DNA of 64,000 bases from the NCBI GenBank assembly GCA_034003985.1, contig JAVEXP010000001.1, positions 155,347 through 219,346 of the forward strand, written 5' to 3'. The DNA comes from Patescibacteria group bacterium (GTDB taxonomy: Bacteria > Patescibacteriota > Patescibacteriia > Buchananbacterales > UBA6539). Made by a program: the position numbers and the translations under genes. Positions within the stretch are counted from its first letter, which is position 1. Each line of letters opens with the position of its first letter. Shown here in pieces: positions 18,243 to 28,821 of this stretch. The notes beneath the pieces were generated by a model. The model made no database searches. It was given only the letters and a program-made list of their open reading frames with translations, and was not told the DNA's origin.

Positions 18243-19829
18243 ATGGCTAATCAACAGATAAAACCGATAATGCTATTGATTCTCGACGGTTTTGGTGTTG
18301 CCCCGCCAAGTAATAGTAACGCGGTTTCTTTAGGTAAGAAACCGGTTTTGGATTATTTTATTGCCAATTATCCGACTTTGACATTGCAGGCATCGGGCGA
18401 AGCGGTTGGGTTGTCTTGGGGAGAAATGGGTAATTCGGAGGTCTGTCATCTTAATTTGGGTTCGGGGCAGATAATTTATCAGACTTTGCCGAAAATCAAC
18501 AAGTCAATTGAAGACGGGACGATCAAAAAAAATGATAAACTATTGAAAGCAATCGACCACGCCAAAAAAAATAAGTCAAAGCTTCATTTGATGGGGTTGG
18601 TGTCAAACGGCGGGGTACATTCTCATCATGATCATCTATATGCTTTATTGGAAATGTGCAAGGAACGGGGAGCCGGTGAAGTCTATATTCACGCTTTTTT
18701 GGACGGCCGCGACACGGCCAAAGACGGTGCCAAGGAATTTATCAAGTCGCTTCAAGCCAAGTTGACTGAAATGAAGTTTGGTCAAATTGCCAGCTTGAGC
18801 GGACGATATTATGCTATGGATCGCGATAATAATTGGGAGCGAGAAGAAAAAGCTTACCGGGCGATTGCTTTGGGGGATTCACCGGCCAAGTTTGATGATC
18901 CGGTCAAAGCGATTGAAACCTCATATGGTAATCAGGTGTTTGATGAGGAATTTATTCCGGCGGTGATTACCCGCGGCGGCAAGCCGGTGGCAACAGTCAA
19001 CGATAATGACGCGATGATATTTTTTAATTTTCGGGCTGATCGAGCCAGACAGTTGGCCGCGGTGTTTGCGGTTCCAGGATTTGATAAATTCGCCAAGCCG
19101 GCAGTCAAAAATTTTCAACTAACTACCTTTACTGAATACGAAAAGGATCTGCCGGTTGATGTAGCTTATCCCGATGAAGACATTCAGCTGCCACTGGCAA
19201 AACTTTTTTCGAATTTGAAACTAAAACAGCTCCATGCGGCCGAAACGGAAAAATACGCCCATGTTACTTTTTTCTTCAATGGTCGCAAAGAAGACCCGTT
19301 TGAAGGTGAGGATCGGATTTTGGTGCCGTCTCCGGCGGTTTCCAGTTATGATCAAAAACCGGAAATGAGCGTTAACGAATTAACGGCTAAGCTCCTTAAA
19401 GCAATTAAAACTAATCAGCATCATTTATATATTGTTAATTTTGCCAACCCGGATATGGTCGGACATACTGGCGTAATCCCCGCAGCTGTCAAGGCCGTTC
19501 AAGCCGTTGATAAAGCCATCGGCCAGCTTTGGGATGCTATGTCACAAGTCGGAGGAACGCTGATGATTACGGCCGACCACGGCAATTGCGACGAAATGAT
19601 TAATCTTCAAACGGGAGAAGTTTCCAAAGAACATAGCACTAACCCGGTGCCTTTTATTGTGGTTGGTGAACAATGGAAAGGCAAGAGCTTGGTTTCGGGG
19701 TTGGATAGTGCTAACGGTGATTTGAGTGTTTTGACGCCCTCGGGAATTTTGGCTGATATTTCGCCGACCATTCTAAAACTATTAGAGATTGACCAACCCT
19801 CGGACATGACCGGCAGTCCGCTGGTTTAA
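18243..19829 (+). CDS. gpmI: 2,3-BPG-independent phosphoglycerate mutase, copy 2
   Basis: ILDGFG, GNSEVCH, GRYYAMDRD, AETEKYAHVT, TADHGN. Confidence 0.95.
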   Translation: MANQQIKPIMLLILDGFGVAPPSNSNAVSLGKKPVLDYFIANYPTLTLQASGEAVGLSWGEMGNSEVCHLNLGSGQIIYQTLPKINKSIEDGTIKKNDKLLKAIDHAKKNKSKLHLMGLVSNGGVHSHHDHLYALLEMCKERGAGEVYIHAFLDGRDTAKDGAKEFIKSLQAKLTEMKFGQIASLSGRYYAMDRDNNWEREEKAYRAIALGDSPAKFDDPVKAIETSYGNQVFDEEFIPAVITRGGKPVATVNDNDAMIFFNFRADRARQLAAVFAVPGFDKFAKPAVKNFQLTTFTEYEKDLPVDVAYPDEDIQLPLAKLFSNLKLKQLHAAETEKYAHVTFFFNGRKEDPFEGEDRILVPSPAVSSYDQKPEMSVNELTAKLLKAIKTNQHHLYIVNFANPDMVGHTGVIPAAVKAVQAVDKAIGQLWDAMSQVGGTLMITADHGNCDEMINLQTGEVSKEHSTNPVPFIVVGEQWKGKSLVSGLDSANGDLSVLTPSGILADISPTILKLLEIDQPSDMTGSPLV

Positions 19830-19924
19830 TTTTTTTATTTTATCAAGATTGACAAAAACCTCTTTTGGGGTTATTTTTTTAGTGGCGAAAAGACATTGGT
19901 TTATAACCATGGAGGGCTATTGCC

Positions 19925-20197
19925 ATGAACTTTGCAATCGGTGTTCACCTGCCTCCCCAAGCGATCGGGATTGATCCTGGTATCCGGACCAGATCCGGAT
20001 ATACGATTGGTCAGGAGGTTATAATCACCTCTGAGGCCTTCACTACCACTTGGAAGTTTGGCCATAATCTGGCCGGACGCAGCGGCCGGGTCGTGGGTTT
20101 TACTCGCGGTGGTGGGGTTGTCCTCGAAGTCGGTGGTGACGGTGAAACCATGATTACCCAGCGGGTCGAATTTCGGCCCAATAGTCGGTTCGCCTAG
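19925..20197 (+). CDS. Small hypothetical protein (SH3-like beta pattern possible)
   Basis: GGAGG SD; upstream TTGACA; own terminator. Confidence 0.55.
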   Translation: MNFAIGVHLPPQAIGIDPGIRTRSGYTIGQEVIITSEAFTTTWKFGHNLAGRSGRVVGFTRGGGVVLEVGGDGETMITQRVEFRPNSRFA

Positions 20198-20233
20198 GAC
20201 CGGATGGGTCATCTTGATTACCCTTGAATTTAC

Positions 20234-20271
20234 AGTGTCGCTATCTTTGCCGACGGCGACACTATTTTTTT
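20234..20271 (+). terminator. Intrinsic terminator
   Basis: AGTGTCGC/GCGACACT stem plus T-tract. Confidence 0.7.
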
Positions 20272-20345
20272 AGAAACAATAACTTGCCAAAAAGGCATTT
20301 TTTTGTTTAAATTAGATTGTGTTAGAATGTTGTAAACCCAACTAA

Positions 20346-21845
20346 TTGATTATGAAAGAAGAGATTAAATTTAGAATTCTGGAAATTATTCCAGGTTTTT
20401 TAGTATGGCTGACTTTGTTGGGGGTAGTGGCCTTGTCTTTCTTCCGGCCGCTGTGGGCCATTTATTTTATTATCGCGTTTGATTTGTATTGGTTGCTGCG
20501 AATCGGCTATATGCTGATTTATCTGCTTACTTCGTGGGCGAGATTTCGTTTTGATGCGAATATTGATTGGTTTGCCAAAGTTAAGGAGCTACCAAAAGAT
20601 TATCAGGAATATTATCATTTGATTTTTTTGCCGACCTATAAAGAGCCCTATCAGGTGGTCAAAAAGCCGTTTGACGCTTTAATCAATTCAAACTACAATC
20701 AGCGAAAATTTATCGTGGTTTTGGCCGGTGAAGAGCGCGACCAAGAAAATTTTTTGGCAATCGCGGGTAAGATCAAAGAAGAATTCGCCAGCCACTTTTT
20801 GGATTTATTAATTACCGTTCATCCTAAAGACATTCCAGGTGAACTGCCGGGCAAAGGTTCAAATACCAACTATGCGGGCCGGCAGGCCAAAGGGTTGATT
20901 GATCAAATGGGGTTGGATTACAGCAAAGTGATTGTTTCCAATTTTGATATTGATACCTGTGTTCATCCGCAATACTTTGCCTATCTGACTTATAAATATT
21001 TGACTCATCCCAGGCCGACTCGCGCCAGTTATCAGCCAATCGCGATTTACAATAACAATATCTGGCAATCCAACCCGATTGTTCGGGTAGTGGCCAGCTC
21101 AACCACTTTTTGGCTGTTCACCGATTTATCGCGGCCCGAAAGGCTATTTACCTTTTCTTCGCACAGTATGAGTTTTCAGGCGTTGGTTGATGTTGATTTT
21201 TGGGACAAGACAATTGTGACGGAAGATTCCAGAATTTTTTTACAATGTCTGGTTCGTTATGATGGTGACTATGAAACGGTGCCAATGTATATTCCGGTTT
21301 ATATGGATACGGTGGATATCGGCGATTTTCGCCGGAGTTTGGTTAATCAATATAAGCAAATGCGGCGTTGGGCTTGGGGGGTGGAACACTTTCCCTGGAT
21401 GGTTAAGCAGTTTTGGTTTAAGGACGGTCAGGGCAGAAAAGTGCCATTGGTGCGCAAGCTGAATTATTTATGGAATCAGACGGAAGGAGTATATTCCTGG
21501 GCGACAGCCCCATTGGTAATTTTTTTGACCGGTTATTTGCCATTGTGGCTGGCTTCAACCCAAGATCGATCAACCGCGCTTTTTCAGAATGCTCCCCATG
21601 TTTTGTCCTCGTTGATGAGGCTATCAATGGGCGGAATGATCGTGATTGCAATCTTGTATACCTTGATGTTACCCACCAAACCTAAAGGCTACGGTTTGAG
21701 TCATTATGTTGTGATGCTGTTGCAGTGGGTGATTGTCCCGGTAACTTTAATTATTTTTGGCTCGCTGCCGGCGGCTGACGCTCAAACCAGGTTGATGTTG
21801 GGCGGAAAATGGCGGCTGGGTTTTTGGGTAACCGAAAAGAAATAA
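20346..21845 (+). CDS. Membrane glycosyltransferase family 2 (CPR-type, processive-like)
   Basis: PTYKE, DID, TEDSR, Q.RRWAWG; TM helices at both ends; ATG start probably 20352. Confidence 0.88.
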   Translation: MIMKEEIKFRILEIIPGFLVWLTLLGVVALSFFRPLWAIYFIIAFDLYWLLRIGYMLIYLLTSWARFRFDANIDWFAKVKELPKDYQEYYHLIFLPTYKEPYQVVKKPFDALINSNYNQRKFIVVLAGEERDQENFLAIAGKIKEEFASHFLDLLITVHPKDIPGELPGKGSNTNYAGRQAKGLIDQMGLDYSKVIVSNFDIDTCVHPQYFAYLTYKYLTHPRPTRASYQPIAIYNNNIWQSNPIVRVVASSTTFWLFTDLSRPERLFTFSSHSMSFQALVDVDFWDKTIVTEDSRIFLQCLVRYDGDYETVPMYIPVYMDTVDIGDFRRSLVNQYKQMRRWAWGVEHFPWMVKQFWFKDGQGRKVPLVRKLNYLWNQTEGVYSWATAPLVIFLTGYLPLWLASTQDRSTALFQNAPHVLSSLMRLSMGGMIVIAILYTLMLPTKPKGYGLSHYVVMLLQWVIVPVTLIIFGSLPAADAQTRLMLGGKWRLGFWVTEKK

Positions 21846-21853
21846 TTTTTATT

Positions 21854-22882
21854 ATGGCTAAAGTCTCAGTCCAAATTATCACCTGGAATTCAATGCGCTA
21901 TATTTTTGATTGTTTAGAATCATTGATGCGCCAGAATTTTCGGGATTTTTCGGTTATTATTATTGATAACGGTTCAGACGACGGAACAGTTGAATTTATC
22001 AGAAATAATTATCCAACAGTTTCGGTCTTACAAAATTTCAAGAATATCGGACTGTCTAAAGCCAATGATCAAGGGATTAAATTGGCCAAAGGAGAATATG
22101 TCTTGATAATGAATCCGGATGTCATTTTGGCGGCTAATTTCTTGCAGGATATCGTGAATTTTGCCGATCAACATCCGGAGGGAGGAGTATTCGGCTCCAA
22201 AGTTTTAAAGTTAAAAAGTGAGGCGATTGATCAAGGAGATCAAAATGGTCTGCGCGAATCAATCCGATCTAATATTATTGATTCGGCGGGGTTGGAAATT
22301 TTTAAAAGTCGGAAGGTCATTAACCGCGGTGAAGGCCAAAAAGATAATGGTCAATATGACCGGACTCAGGAAGTTTTTGGAATTTCCGGTGCTTGCGTGC
22401 TTTATCGCCGGAAAGCCCTAGAAGAGATTAAAATTCGGCAGGAATATTTTGATTATGATTTTTTTGCCTACAAAGAGGATATTGATATCTGCTGGCGGAT
22501 GCATTTGTATGGTTATGGCTGTTGGTATCACCCCCAGGCTGTTTGTTATCATTATCGGCGGCTGTCGGCGCCGGATGATAAAAATATCAGATCAATTGTC
22601 AAGTCGCGCAAAGAAGTTTCAAAAATGTTGCGGGCGCTGTCTTTTCGTAACCAACATTTGATGATTGTCAAAAATGACCAGTTCATAAATATTTTAATGG
22701 CCTGGCCATGGTTTTTATTTTGGGAATTGAAGATTATATTTTACGCTTTAATTTTTGAACCTTTCCAGTATCGGGAGATAGTAAAGTTTTTTAAACTATT
22801 GCCTTCAATGTTGCTGAAGCGCCGGACAATCATGGCTCATAAAGTAACTAAACCTAAAGAAATTAGAAAGTGGTTTATTTAA
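21854..22882 (+). CDS. Glycosyltransferase family 2
   Basis: IIDNGSDDGT, MNPD, SGAC, YKEDID. Confidence 0.92.
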   Translation: MAKVSVQIITWNSMRYIFDCLESLMRQNFRDFSVIIIDNGSDDGTVEFIRNNYPTVSVLQNFKNIGLSKANDQGIKLAKGEYVLIMNPDVILAANFLQDIVNFADQHPEGGVFGSKVLKLKSEAIDQGDQNGLRESIRSNIIDSAGLEIFKSRKVINRGEGQKDNGQYDRTQEVFGISGACVLYRRKALEEIKIRQEYFDYDFFAYKEDIDICWRMHLYGYGCWYHPQAVCYHYRRLSAPDDKNIRSIVKSRKEVSKMLRALSFRNQHLMIVKNDQFINILMAWPWFLFWELKIIFYALIFEPFQYREIVKFFKLLPSMLLKRRTIMAHKVTKPKEIRKWFI

Positions 22883-22884
22883 CT

Positions 22885-23763
22885 ATGAAATTATCAATCA
22901 TTATTTTGAATTATAAGCAGCAAGGTTTGGTCAAGCAATGTCTTAAAGGGATAGTTACGGCTCAGCCGCAATTAGATTATGAGATAATTGTGGTTGATAA
23001 TAATTCAGAGGATGATACTTTGGCGATGGTTGTTTCATTGTTTGAACCAAAAGATGAAACTAAATCGCAGCTGGCTTTGCCAATTGTCGATAAATTAAAA
23101 ATTCCACCGATCAAGGCTATCCAATCAGGAATCAACGGCGGTTTTGCCGCCGGCAACAATTTAGGGATTGCTCAGGCGGCTGGTGAATACATTATGATTC
23201 TTAATCCCGATATTGCCATTTTGCCCGAATCATTGGAGCGCATGGTTGAATTTATGGATGCCCATAAAGATGTGGGAATGATTGGCCCGCGGTTGATTAA
23301 TCCGGATGGAACGGTTCAATATTCTTGTCGGCGGTTTCCCAATTTTATAACACCATTGTTGCGCCGAACATTTTTTGGCAAATTGCCAACCGGTAAAAAA
23401 TCAGTAGAATGGTATTTAATGAAAGACTTTGACCATTTGTCTAATCGCCAAGTCGATTGGTTATTTGGCGCTTGTCTGTTAGTCAGAAAGACTTTGATTA
23501 ACAGTATTGGCAAATTTGACGAGCGGTTCTTTATGTATTTCGAGGATCTTGACCTTTGCCGTCGGATTTGGCAAGTCGGAAGCAAAGTCGTTTATTTTTC
23601 GGAAGTTGAGTTGGTCCATTATCATCAAAGATTATCGGCTGAACGCAGTGGGGTACTTGGGATTTTTACTAAAGGCGGACGCGTTCATTTAATTTCTGGT
23701 GTTAAGTATTTTTTGAAATATTTTGGGATAAAATTGCCACCAACTAATGCTGGACAAATTTAG
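22885..23763 (+). CDS. Glycosyltransferase family 2 (WbbL-like)
   Basis: VVDNNSED, NGGFAAGNN, LNPD, FDERFFMYFEDLD. Confidence 0.92.
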   Translation: MKLSIIILNYKQQGLVKQCLKGIVTAQPQLDYEIIVVDNNSEDDTLAMVVSLFEPKDETKSQLALPIVDKLKIPPIKAIQSGINGGFAAGNNLGIAQAAGEYIMILNPDIAILPESLERMVEFMDAHKDVGMIGPRLINPDGTVQYSCRRFPNFITPLLRRTFFGKLPTGKKSVEWYLMKDFDHLSNRQVDWLFGACLLVRKTLINSIGKFDERFFMYFEDLDLCRRIWQVGSKVVYFSEVELVHYHQRLSAERSGVLGIFTKGGRVHLISGVKYFLKYFGIKLPPTNAGQI

Positions 23764-23822
23764 TCAATTCTTCTAAGATAATATCACTCAAATTAGAATG
23801 AATTTAAGTAAAATTTACAATA

Positions 23823-24827
23823 ATGATTAAGAAAATCGGAATTGATTTGGGAACCATGAACTCTTTGGTCTATGTGCCAAAGAGGGGAATTGTAATTAAT
23901 GAACCATCGGTAGTGGCGGTGTCGATAGTTGATAAAAAAATTTTGGCAGTAGGAGTAGAAGCCAAAGAAATGTTGGGTCGAACTCCCGATACGATTATTG
24001 CGGTTCGGCCAATGCGCGACGGCGTAATTGCTGACTATAAGATAACCGCGGCAATGCTGCGCTATTTTGTAAATAAATCATTGGGTGGCGTTAGGTTGTT
24101 TAGGCCGGAAGTGATGGTGGCCGTGCCGGCCGGTATTACTTCGACTGAACGGCGGGCGGTGATTGACGCGACAATTGCGGCCGGCGCCAAAGCCGCTTAT
24201 ATTATCAAGGAACCAATCGTCGCGGCGATTGGCGCCGGTATTCCCATTGGTTCACCATCAGGACACATGATCATTGATATCGGCGGTGGAACTTCGGAAA
24301 TGGCGGTTATTTCGCTGGGTGGGATTGTGGCCTCAACCTCGGTGCGAGTAGGCGGCAACCGTTTTGACAGTGCGATTGCTGAATATATCAGACGGAAATA
24401 TAATTTGGCAATCGGCGAACGAACGGCCGAACGAATTAAGATTGACATTGGTTCGGCCATGTATATGGAAGAGCGTTTAACCAGCGAAGTCAGAGGGCGC
24501 GATGTTGTGACTGGCTTGCCGCGAACAATTAGTGTTAGTTCGGACGACATTACTGATGCCATCCAAGTTGAACTGGAAGGAATAATCCAAGCTGTTAAAG
24601 ATGTTTTACATAAAACCCCACCGGAGCTTTCAGCCGATGTGATTGACAAAGGCATTATTATGTCCGGCGGTTCAAGTTTGTTGCGCAATATTGATCAGTT
24701 GATTACTCAGGTTACCGGCGTACCGGCTTATATTGCTGATGAAGCTTTATTCTGCGTCGCCAAAGGCACGGGAATAGCTTTGGAAAATTTGGAGTCTTAC
24801 AAACGAAGCATTCTGGCAATCAAGTAG
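23823..24827 (+). CDS. mreB: Rod shape-determining actin MreB/Mbl paralog
   Basis: IGIDLGT, NEPSVVA, DIGGGTSE, TPPEL..D. Confidence 0.95.
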   Translation: MIKKIGIDLGTMNSLVYVPKRGIVINEPSVVAVSIVDKKILAVGVEAKEMLGRTPDTIIAVRPMRDGVIADYKITAAMLRYFVNKSLGGVRLFRPEVMVAVPAGITSTERRAVIDATIAAGAKAAYIIKEPIVAAIGAGIPIGSPSGHMIIDIGGGTSEMAVISLGGIVASTSVRVGGNRFDSAIAEYIRRKYNLAIGERTAERIKIDIGSAMYMEERLTSEVRGRDVVTGLPRTISVSSDDITDAIQVELEGIIQAVKDVLHKTPPELSADVIDKGIIMSGGSSLLRNIDQLITQVTGVPAYIADEALFCVAKGTGIALENLESYKRSILAIK

Positions 24828-24860
24828 TTTTAGCTAAACTGCCCGGCAGGAGGGTAAGCG

Positions 24861-25037
24861 ATGGGTTCAAATGGCAGCATTTCTACCAATGAGCCATTGG
24901 CAGAGGCTCAGCAGCGAGACGGCTGTTATGCCGTCGGATTGGCCAGGGGCTTATCAGTGGCTGTTTTGATGCAAATTTGGAATGCCAAATCCGAAGATGA
25001 ACGGAGGGCAATATTGGCGAGGTATTCCAAAAGATAG
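24861..25037 (+). CDS. Small hypothetical protein (58 aa)
   Basis: Hand translation MGSNGSIS...ILARYSKR; AGGAGG SD; not in ORF track. Confidence 0.5.
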   Translation: MGSNGSISTNEPLAEAQQRDGCYAVGLARGLSVAVLMQIWNAKSEDERRAILARYSKR

Positions 25038-25197
25038 CCAGGAGACTGGCTGGCTCGTTTTGGTTTTTCCCCGCGGTTTTGGCTAAGGGGTCTTTTTTTT
25101 AAAAAAAATGGCGAGGGGCGGCTTGACGCCGATACTCACCTTATTGTCTCAAATCAGTCCAAATAAACCCGTGCTTGGAGTTTATTGTCGCTCCCGC

Positions 25198-25347
25198 CTA
25201 TCTCAGGGGCAAGTTAGCAATGGTCAATCCCATCATTCTGGCAATATCAGACAGATCAAATCCGTTTTCGGGGATTGGCGGTTCCGGCCTGCTGGGCGTG
25301 ACTGATGATGTCGACGGCAGCGGCTTTGGCAGTTGGGCGTTTAACAC
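25198..25347 (-). CDS. Small Pro-rich hypothetical protein (49 aa)
   Basis: AGGAGG SD before GTG at 25347. Confidence 0.45.
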   Translation of the reverse strand: MLNAQLPKPLPSTSSVTPSRPEPPIPENGFDLSDIARMMGLTIANLPLR

Positions 25348-25479
25348 AGTCAATTCCTCCTGATTGTTTTTGTTGATTGGTTTGAGTAAATCCACATTAG
25401 TTTAACTGAGGTGGATGAATATCATTATCAGTCAAGGTGATTTCTTTGTCAAGAGCGATAATTTTGTTATAATTTATCT

Positions 25480-26478
25480 ATGAAAAAAATGTTAAAAAAA
25501 TTAAGCTTGGTGCTGGCAGTAACCGTCGTTTTAGCTGGTTTTTGGGCTTGGGCGTTTTCTTTAGATTTCACTCAACCTTCGCCGATTTTTGGGGTAACTT
25601 TCAGTAATAAATATGCCAGCAGCCTGGGACTTGATTGGCGCCAGTCTTATTTGGCCATTCTCGACGATCTGGCGGTAAGCCATTTACGGCTGGTTGCCTA
25701 TTGGGACGAGATTGAAGCTGCTGAAGACCATTTTGTTTTTGAGGATTTAGATTGGCAAATAAATCAAGCTACTGAACGCGGGCGAAAAATAATTTTGGTG
25801 GTCGGCCGCCGTTTACCCCGCTGGCCGGAATGCCATGATCCCAACTGGCTGTCAGACCTTTCGGAGTTGGCCATTCAGCAGCAGCAATTAGAATTTGTTC
25901 GCGAGACGGTAAATCGCTATAAAGATAATGCGGCAATTACCGCCTGGCAGGTAGAAAATGAGCCGCTTTTTAACTGGTTTGGCGAGTGTCCCAAAGCAAA
26001 CAAAAATTTTTTGAAGCAGGAAATAGATTTGGTTAAATCTTTGGATACTCGGCCGATTATTATTACCGACAGCGGTGAACTGAATCATTGGCAGGCAGCG
26101 GCGGGAATGGCCGATTGGCTTGGTATTACGATGTATCGGATTGTTTGGAATAAATATTTGGGATTTTGGGATTATTTTTTTGTACCCAGCGCTGCTTATC
26201 GCTGGAAAGCGGATTTGACCAAATATTGGCATCCTGGATTGGAAAAAATTATGGTCACGGAATTGCAAATGGAACCTTGGACGCTGGATAAAAATATGAC
26301 TGATTTGACCATTGAGCAGCAGCAAAGGTCATTTGATTTGCAAAGATTTAATAATAACATTGCTTATGTTAAATCCGCCGGGTTTGATGAAGTTTACCTG
26401 TGGGGAGCGGAATATTGGTATTGGCTTAAACAACAAAATCATCCGGAAATTTGGGATCAGGCCAAAACATTATGGTGA
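25480..26478 (+). CDS. Membrane-anchored clan GH-A glycoside hydrolase (GH42/GH5-like TIM barrel)
   Basis: N-terminal TM; WQVENEP acid/base and TELQMEPW nucleophile-like motifs. Confidence 0.75.
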   Translation: MKKMLKKLSLVLAVTVVLAGFWAWAFSLDFTQPSPIFGVTFSNKYASSLGLDWRQSYLAILDDLAVSHLRLVAYWDEIEAAEDHFVFEDLDWQINQATERGRKIILVVGRRLPRWPECHDPNWLSDLSELAIQQQQLEFVRETVNRYKDNAAITAWQVENEPLFNWFGECPKANKNFLKQEIDLVKSLDTRPIIITDSGELNHWQAAAGMADWLGITMYRIVWNKYLGFWDYFFVPSAAYRWKADLTKYWHPGLEKIMVTELQMEPWTLDKNMTDLTIEQQQRSFDLQRFNNNIAYVKSAGFDEVYLWGAEYWYWLKQQNHPEIWDQAKTLW

Positions 26479-26717
26479 TGATGATTTTTTTAAAAAATTA
26501 AGCTTAAATTTTTTCAGTCTCTGTTTGTTTTTAGCGATTGGATGTTTTCTAGCATGGCTAGAGGTGGCATGTATAGTAGATTCTAGCGGCTAATTTCAAC
26601 TTATTAAAAACCCATTTGACGCACTGCTTTGGGGCGGGGGTGATTGGGTTTATTTTTTTATCATTTTGTGGCATAATTTAAGCTTGTCAAAAATTGAAAT
26701 TATGCTAAAATATAACC

Positions 26718-27749
26718 ATGTCAAATCAGGGAGCGCAGCATTTTAGGTGGCCAGTAATCGGCCATTCTAATATTGTTGCTTACTTACAAAATAATATTAC
26801 TAATGACCAGGTCAGTCATGCCTATTTGTTTGTCGGTCCTGACCATACAGGTAAAAAAACAGTAGCTGATTATTTTGTCAATTCACTGATTTGTGCTGTT
26901 GGTAACAACGATCAAGCGGCAATCAGGCCGTGTGGCGAATGTCAGCATTGTCGTCAATTTAAAAACGGTATTCATCCTGATATTTTTAATGTTGATCGGG
27001 AGATTAACGACAAGACTGGCCGGTTGAAAAAGAATATTAGTATTGAACAAGTCAGGGAGCTTCAGGATCGCTTAAACCTCCATTCTTTTTTGAACTCTTA
27101 CAAGGTTGGCATAATTAACGCCGCTCAGACTTTGAGTTTGGAAGCGGCTAATTCTTTGTTAAAAACTTTAGAAGAGCCATCACCCCAGACCGTTATGATT
27201 ATCATTGTTAATCATTTGTCGCAATTGCCGCGAACGCTGGTTTCCCGTTGCCAAGTCATTAATTTTTTGCCGGTTGGCACCAAAGCGATTACGGATTATT
27301 TAATCAGTCAAAAGATTGATCGCAAACAAGCTAGAAATTTAGGTTCTTTGGCTTTTGGTCTGCCAGGTTTGGCGATTAATTATTATCATGACTCTCAGCA
27401 GTACGAACTGTTACGGGAGCGGTCTAGGGAATTGGTGGCAATTCTCGGTGCGAATTTGACCGCTAGGTTCAAGCTGGTTGGCGATTTGTTGACCGGATTG
27501 GAAGTCGATTCAATTCAATTATTGTTGAATAACTGGCTAAAGACATTGCGCGATGTGCTGTTGATTAAGTGTGGTGCTAATCATTTGATCAGTCAACCTT
27601 TCCTGGCGGGTGAATTAAGCCAAGTGGCAATTAATTACCAAACCGAAAAGATTATGGCGATGATTAAGGAAATTGAAGAAGCTAAAAAAATGTTGTCGGC
27701 CAATGTTAACAATAAATTAACTATTGAAAACCTAGTTTTAAATTTTTAA
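26718..27749 (+). CDS. holB: DNA polymerase III delta' subunit
   Basis: HAYLFVGP..TGK, PCGEC..C, HPD, AANSLLKTLEEP, SRCQ. Confidence 0.92.
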   Translation: MSNQGAQHFRWPVIGHSNIVAYLQNNITNDQVSHAYLFVGPDHTGKKTVADYFVNSLICAVGNNDQAAIRPCGECQHCRQFKNGIHPDIFNVDREINDKTGRLKKNISIEQVRELQDRLNLHSFLNSYKVGIINAAQTLSLEAANSLLKTLEEPSPQTVMIIIVNHLSQLPRTLVSRCQVINFLPVGTKAITDYLISQKIDRKQARNLGSLAFGLPGLAINYYHDSQQYELLRERSRELVAILGANLTARFKLVGDLLTGLEVDSIQLLLNNWLKTLRDVLLIKCGANHLISQPFLAGELSQVAINYQTEKIMAMIKEIEEAKKMLSANVNNKLTIENLVLNF

Positions 27750-27760
27750 AAAATATTTTT

Positions 27761-28813
27761 ATGAAAAAAGTTTTATTTGCCGTTTTAATTTCAACCCTGC
27801 TGGTTTCCGGTTGTACCATCAAGTTTGGCAATTCCAATGCCACCGGCGTGGCCGGGGTGTTCAAATCTTTTGATAAAGGCGAAAATTGGACAGAAAAAAA
27901 TCTATTTTTGCACTCCGGCGGTGTCGGTAGTATTGCCGGAGTCAATGTCGTCAATCTGACTTTTGACCCTCAGGATAGCCGGGCGATTTATTTGGCTTCT
28001 AGCGATAGCGGTTTATTTTATAGTTATGATGCTACTGACAGCTGGTTGAAAGCTAATCAAATTGCAAACGGCAAAATTGAATCAGTGGCCGTTGATCCAA
28101 AAAATAAATGTGTTTTATATGTCAGTTTTGCTACTACGATTTTAAAGAGCAATGATTGCAGTCGCAGCTGGTCAGAAATTTATATTGATACCAGGGCGGA
28201 TAAGAATATCACGGCTTTGGTGGTTGATCATTATGACAACTTGATAGTCTATGCCGGTAATTCAGCCGGAGATATTTTAAAAAGCGTTGACGGTGGCGGT
28301 AACTGGCGGGTGATTCAGAGGTTTAACGATCAAATTACCAAGATTTTGATTGATTCTAACGATAGTCGGATTGTTTATGTTGCCACTAAATCAAAGGGAA
28401 TTTTTAAAACCATTAGTGCCGGTGCCGATTGGTTTGACATTAATGAAAGTTTAAAACCGTATTCCGGGGCCATGGAGTATAAACATTTGATTTTTGACAA
28501 AAGTCAAGCCGATTCATTACTGCTGGTCGCCAAGTATGGTTTGATAAAAACCGCGGACGGTGGTCAGACTTGGGAGCCAATTTCTTTAATTACTCCGCCG
28601 GCCACCACCGATATCTATGCCGTTGCGATGAATCCTCAGGATAACCGGGAAATATATTATGCTACCGCCACCACTTTCTACAAGACGGTGGACGGCGGTC
28701 AAAATTGGATCACTAAAAGATTGCCCAGTTCGGCCGTACCGACTTTTATGCAGGTTGATCCGCTCAACTCCAATGTCATTTATATGGGACTAGCCAATAT
28801 TAATAATCGTTAA
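27761..28813 (+). CDS. BNR/YCF48-like beta-propeller lipoprotein
   Basis: VSGC lipobox; repeated S/TxDGGxxW Asp-boxes. Confidence 0.85.
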   Translation: MKKVLFAVLISTLLVSGCTIKFGNSNATGVAGVFKSFDKGENWTEKNLFLHSGGVGSIAGVNVVNLTFDPQDSRAIYLASSDSGLFYSYDATDSWLKANQIANGKIESVAVDPKNKCVLYVSFATTILKSNDCSRSWSEIYIDTRADKNITALVVDHYDNLIVYAGNSAGDILKSVDGGGNWRVIQRFNDQITKILIDSNDSRIVYVATKSKGIFKTISAGADWFDINESLKPYSGAMEYKHLIFDKSQADSLLLVAKYGLIKTADGGQTWEPISLITPPATTDIYAVAMNPQDNREIYYATATTFYKTVDGGQNWITKRLPSSAVPTFMQVDPLNSNVIYMGLANINNR

Positions 28814-28821
28814 ATAAATTT

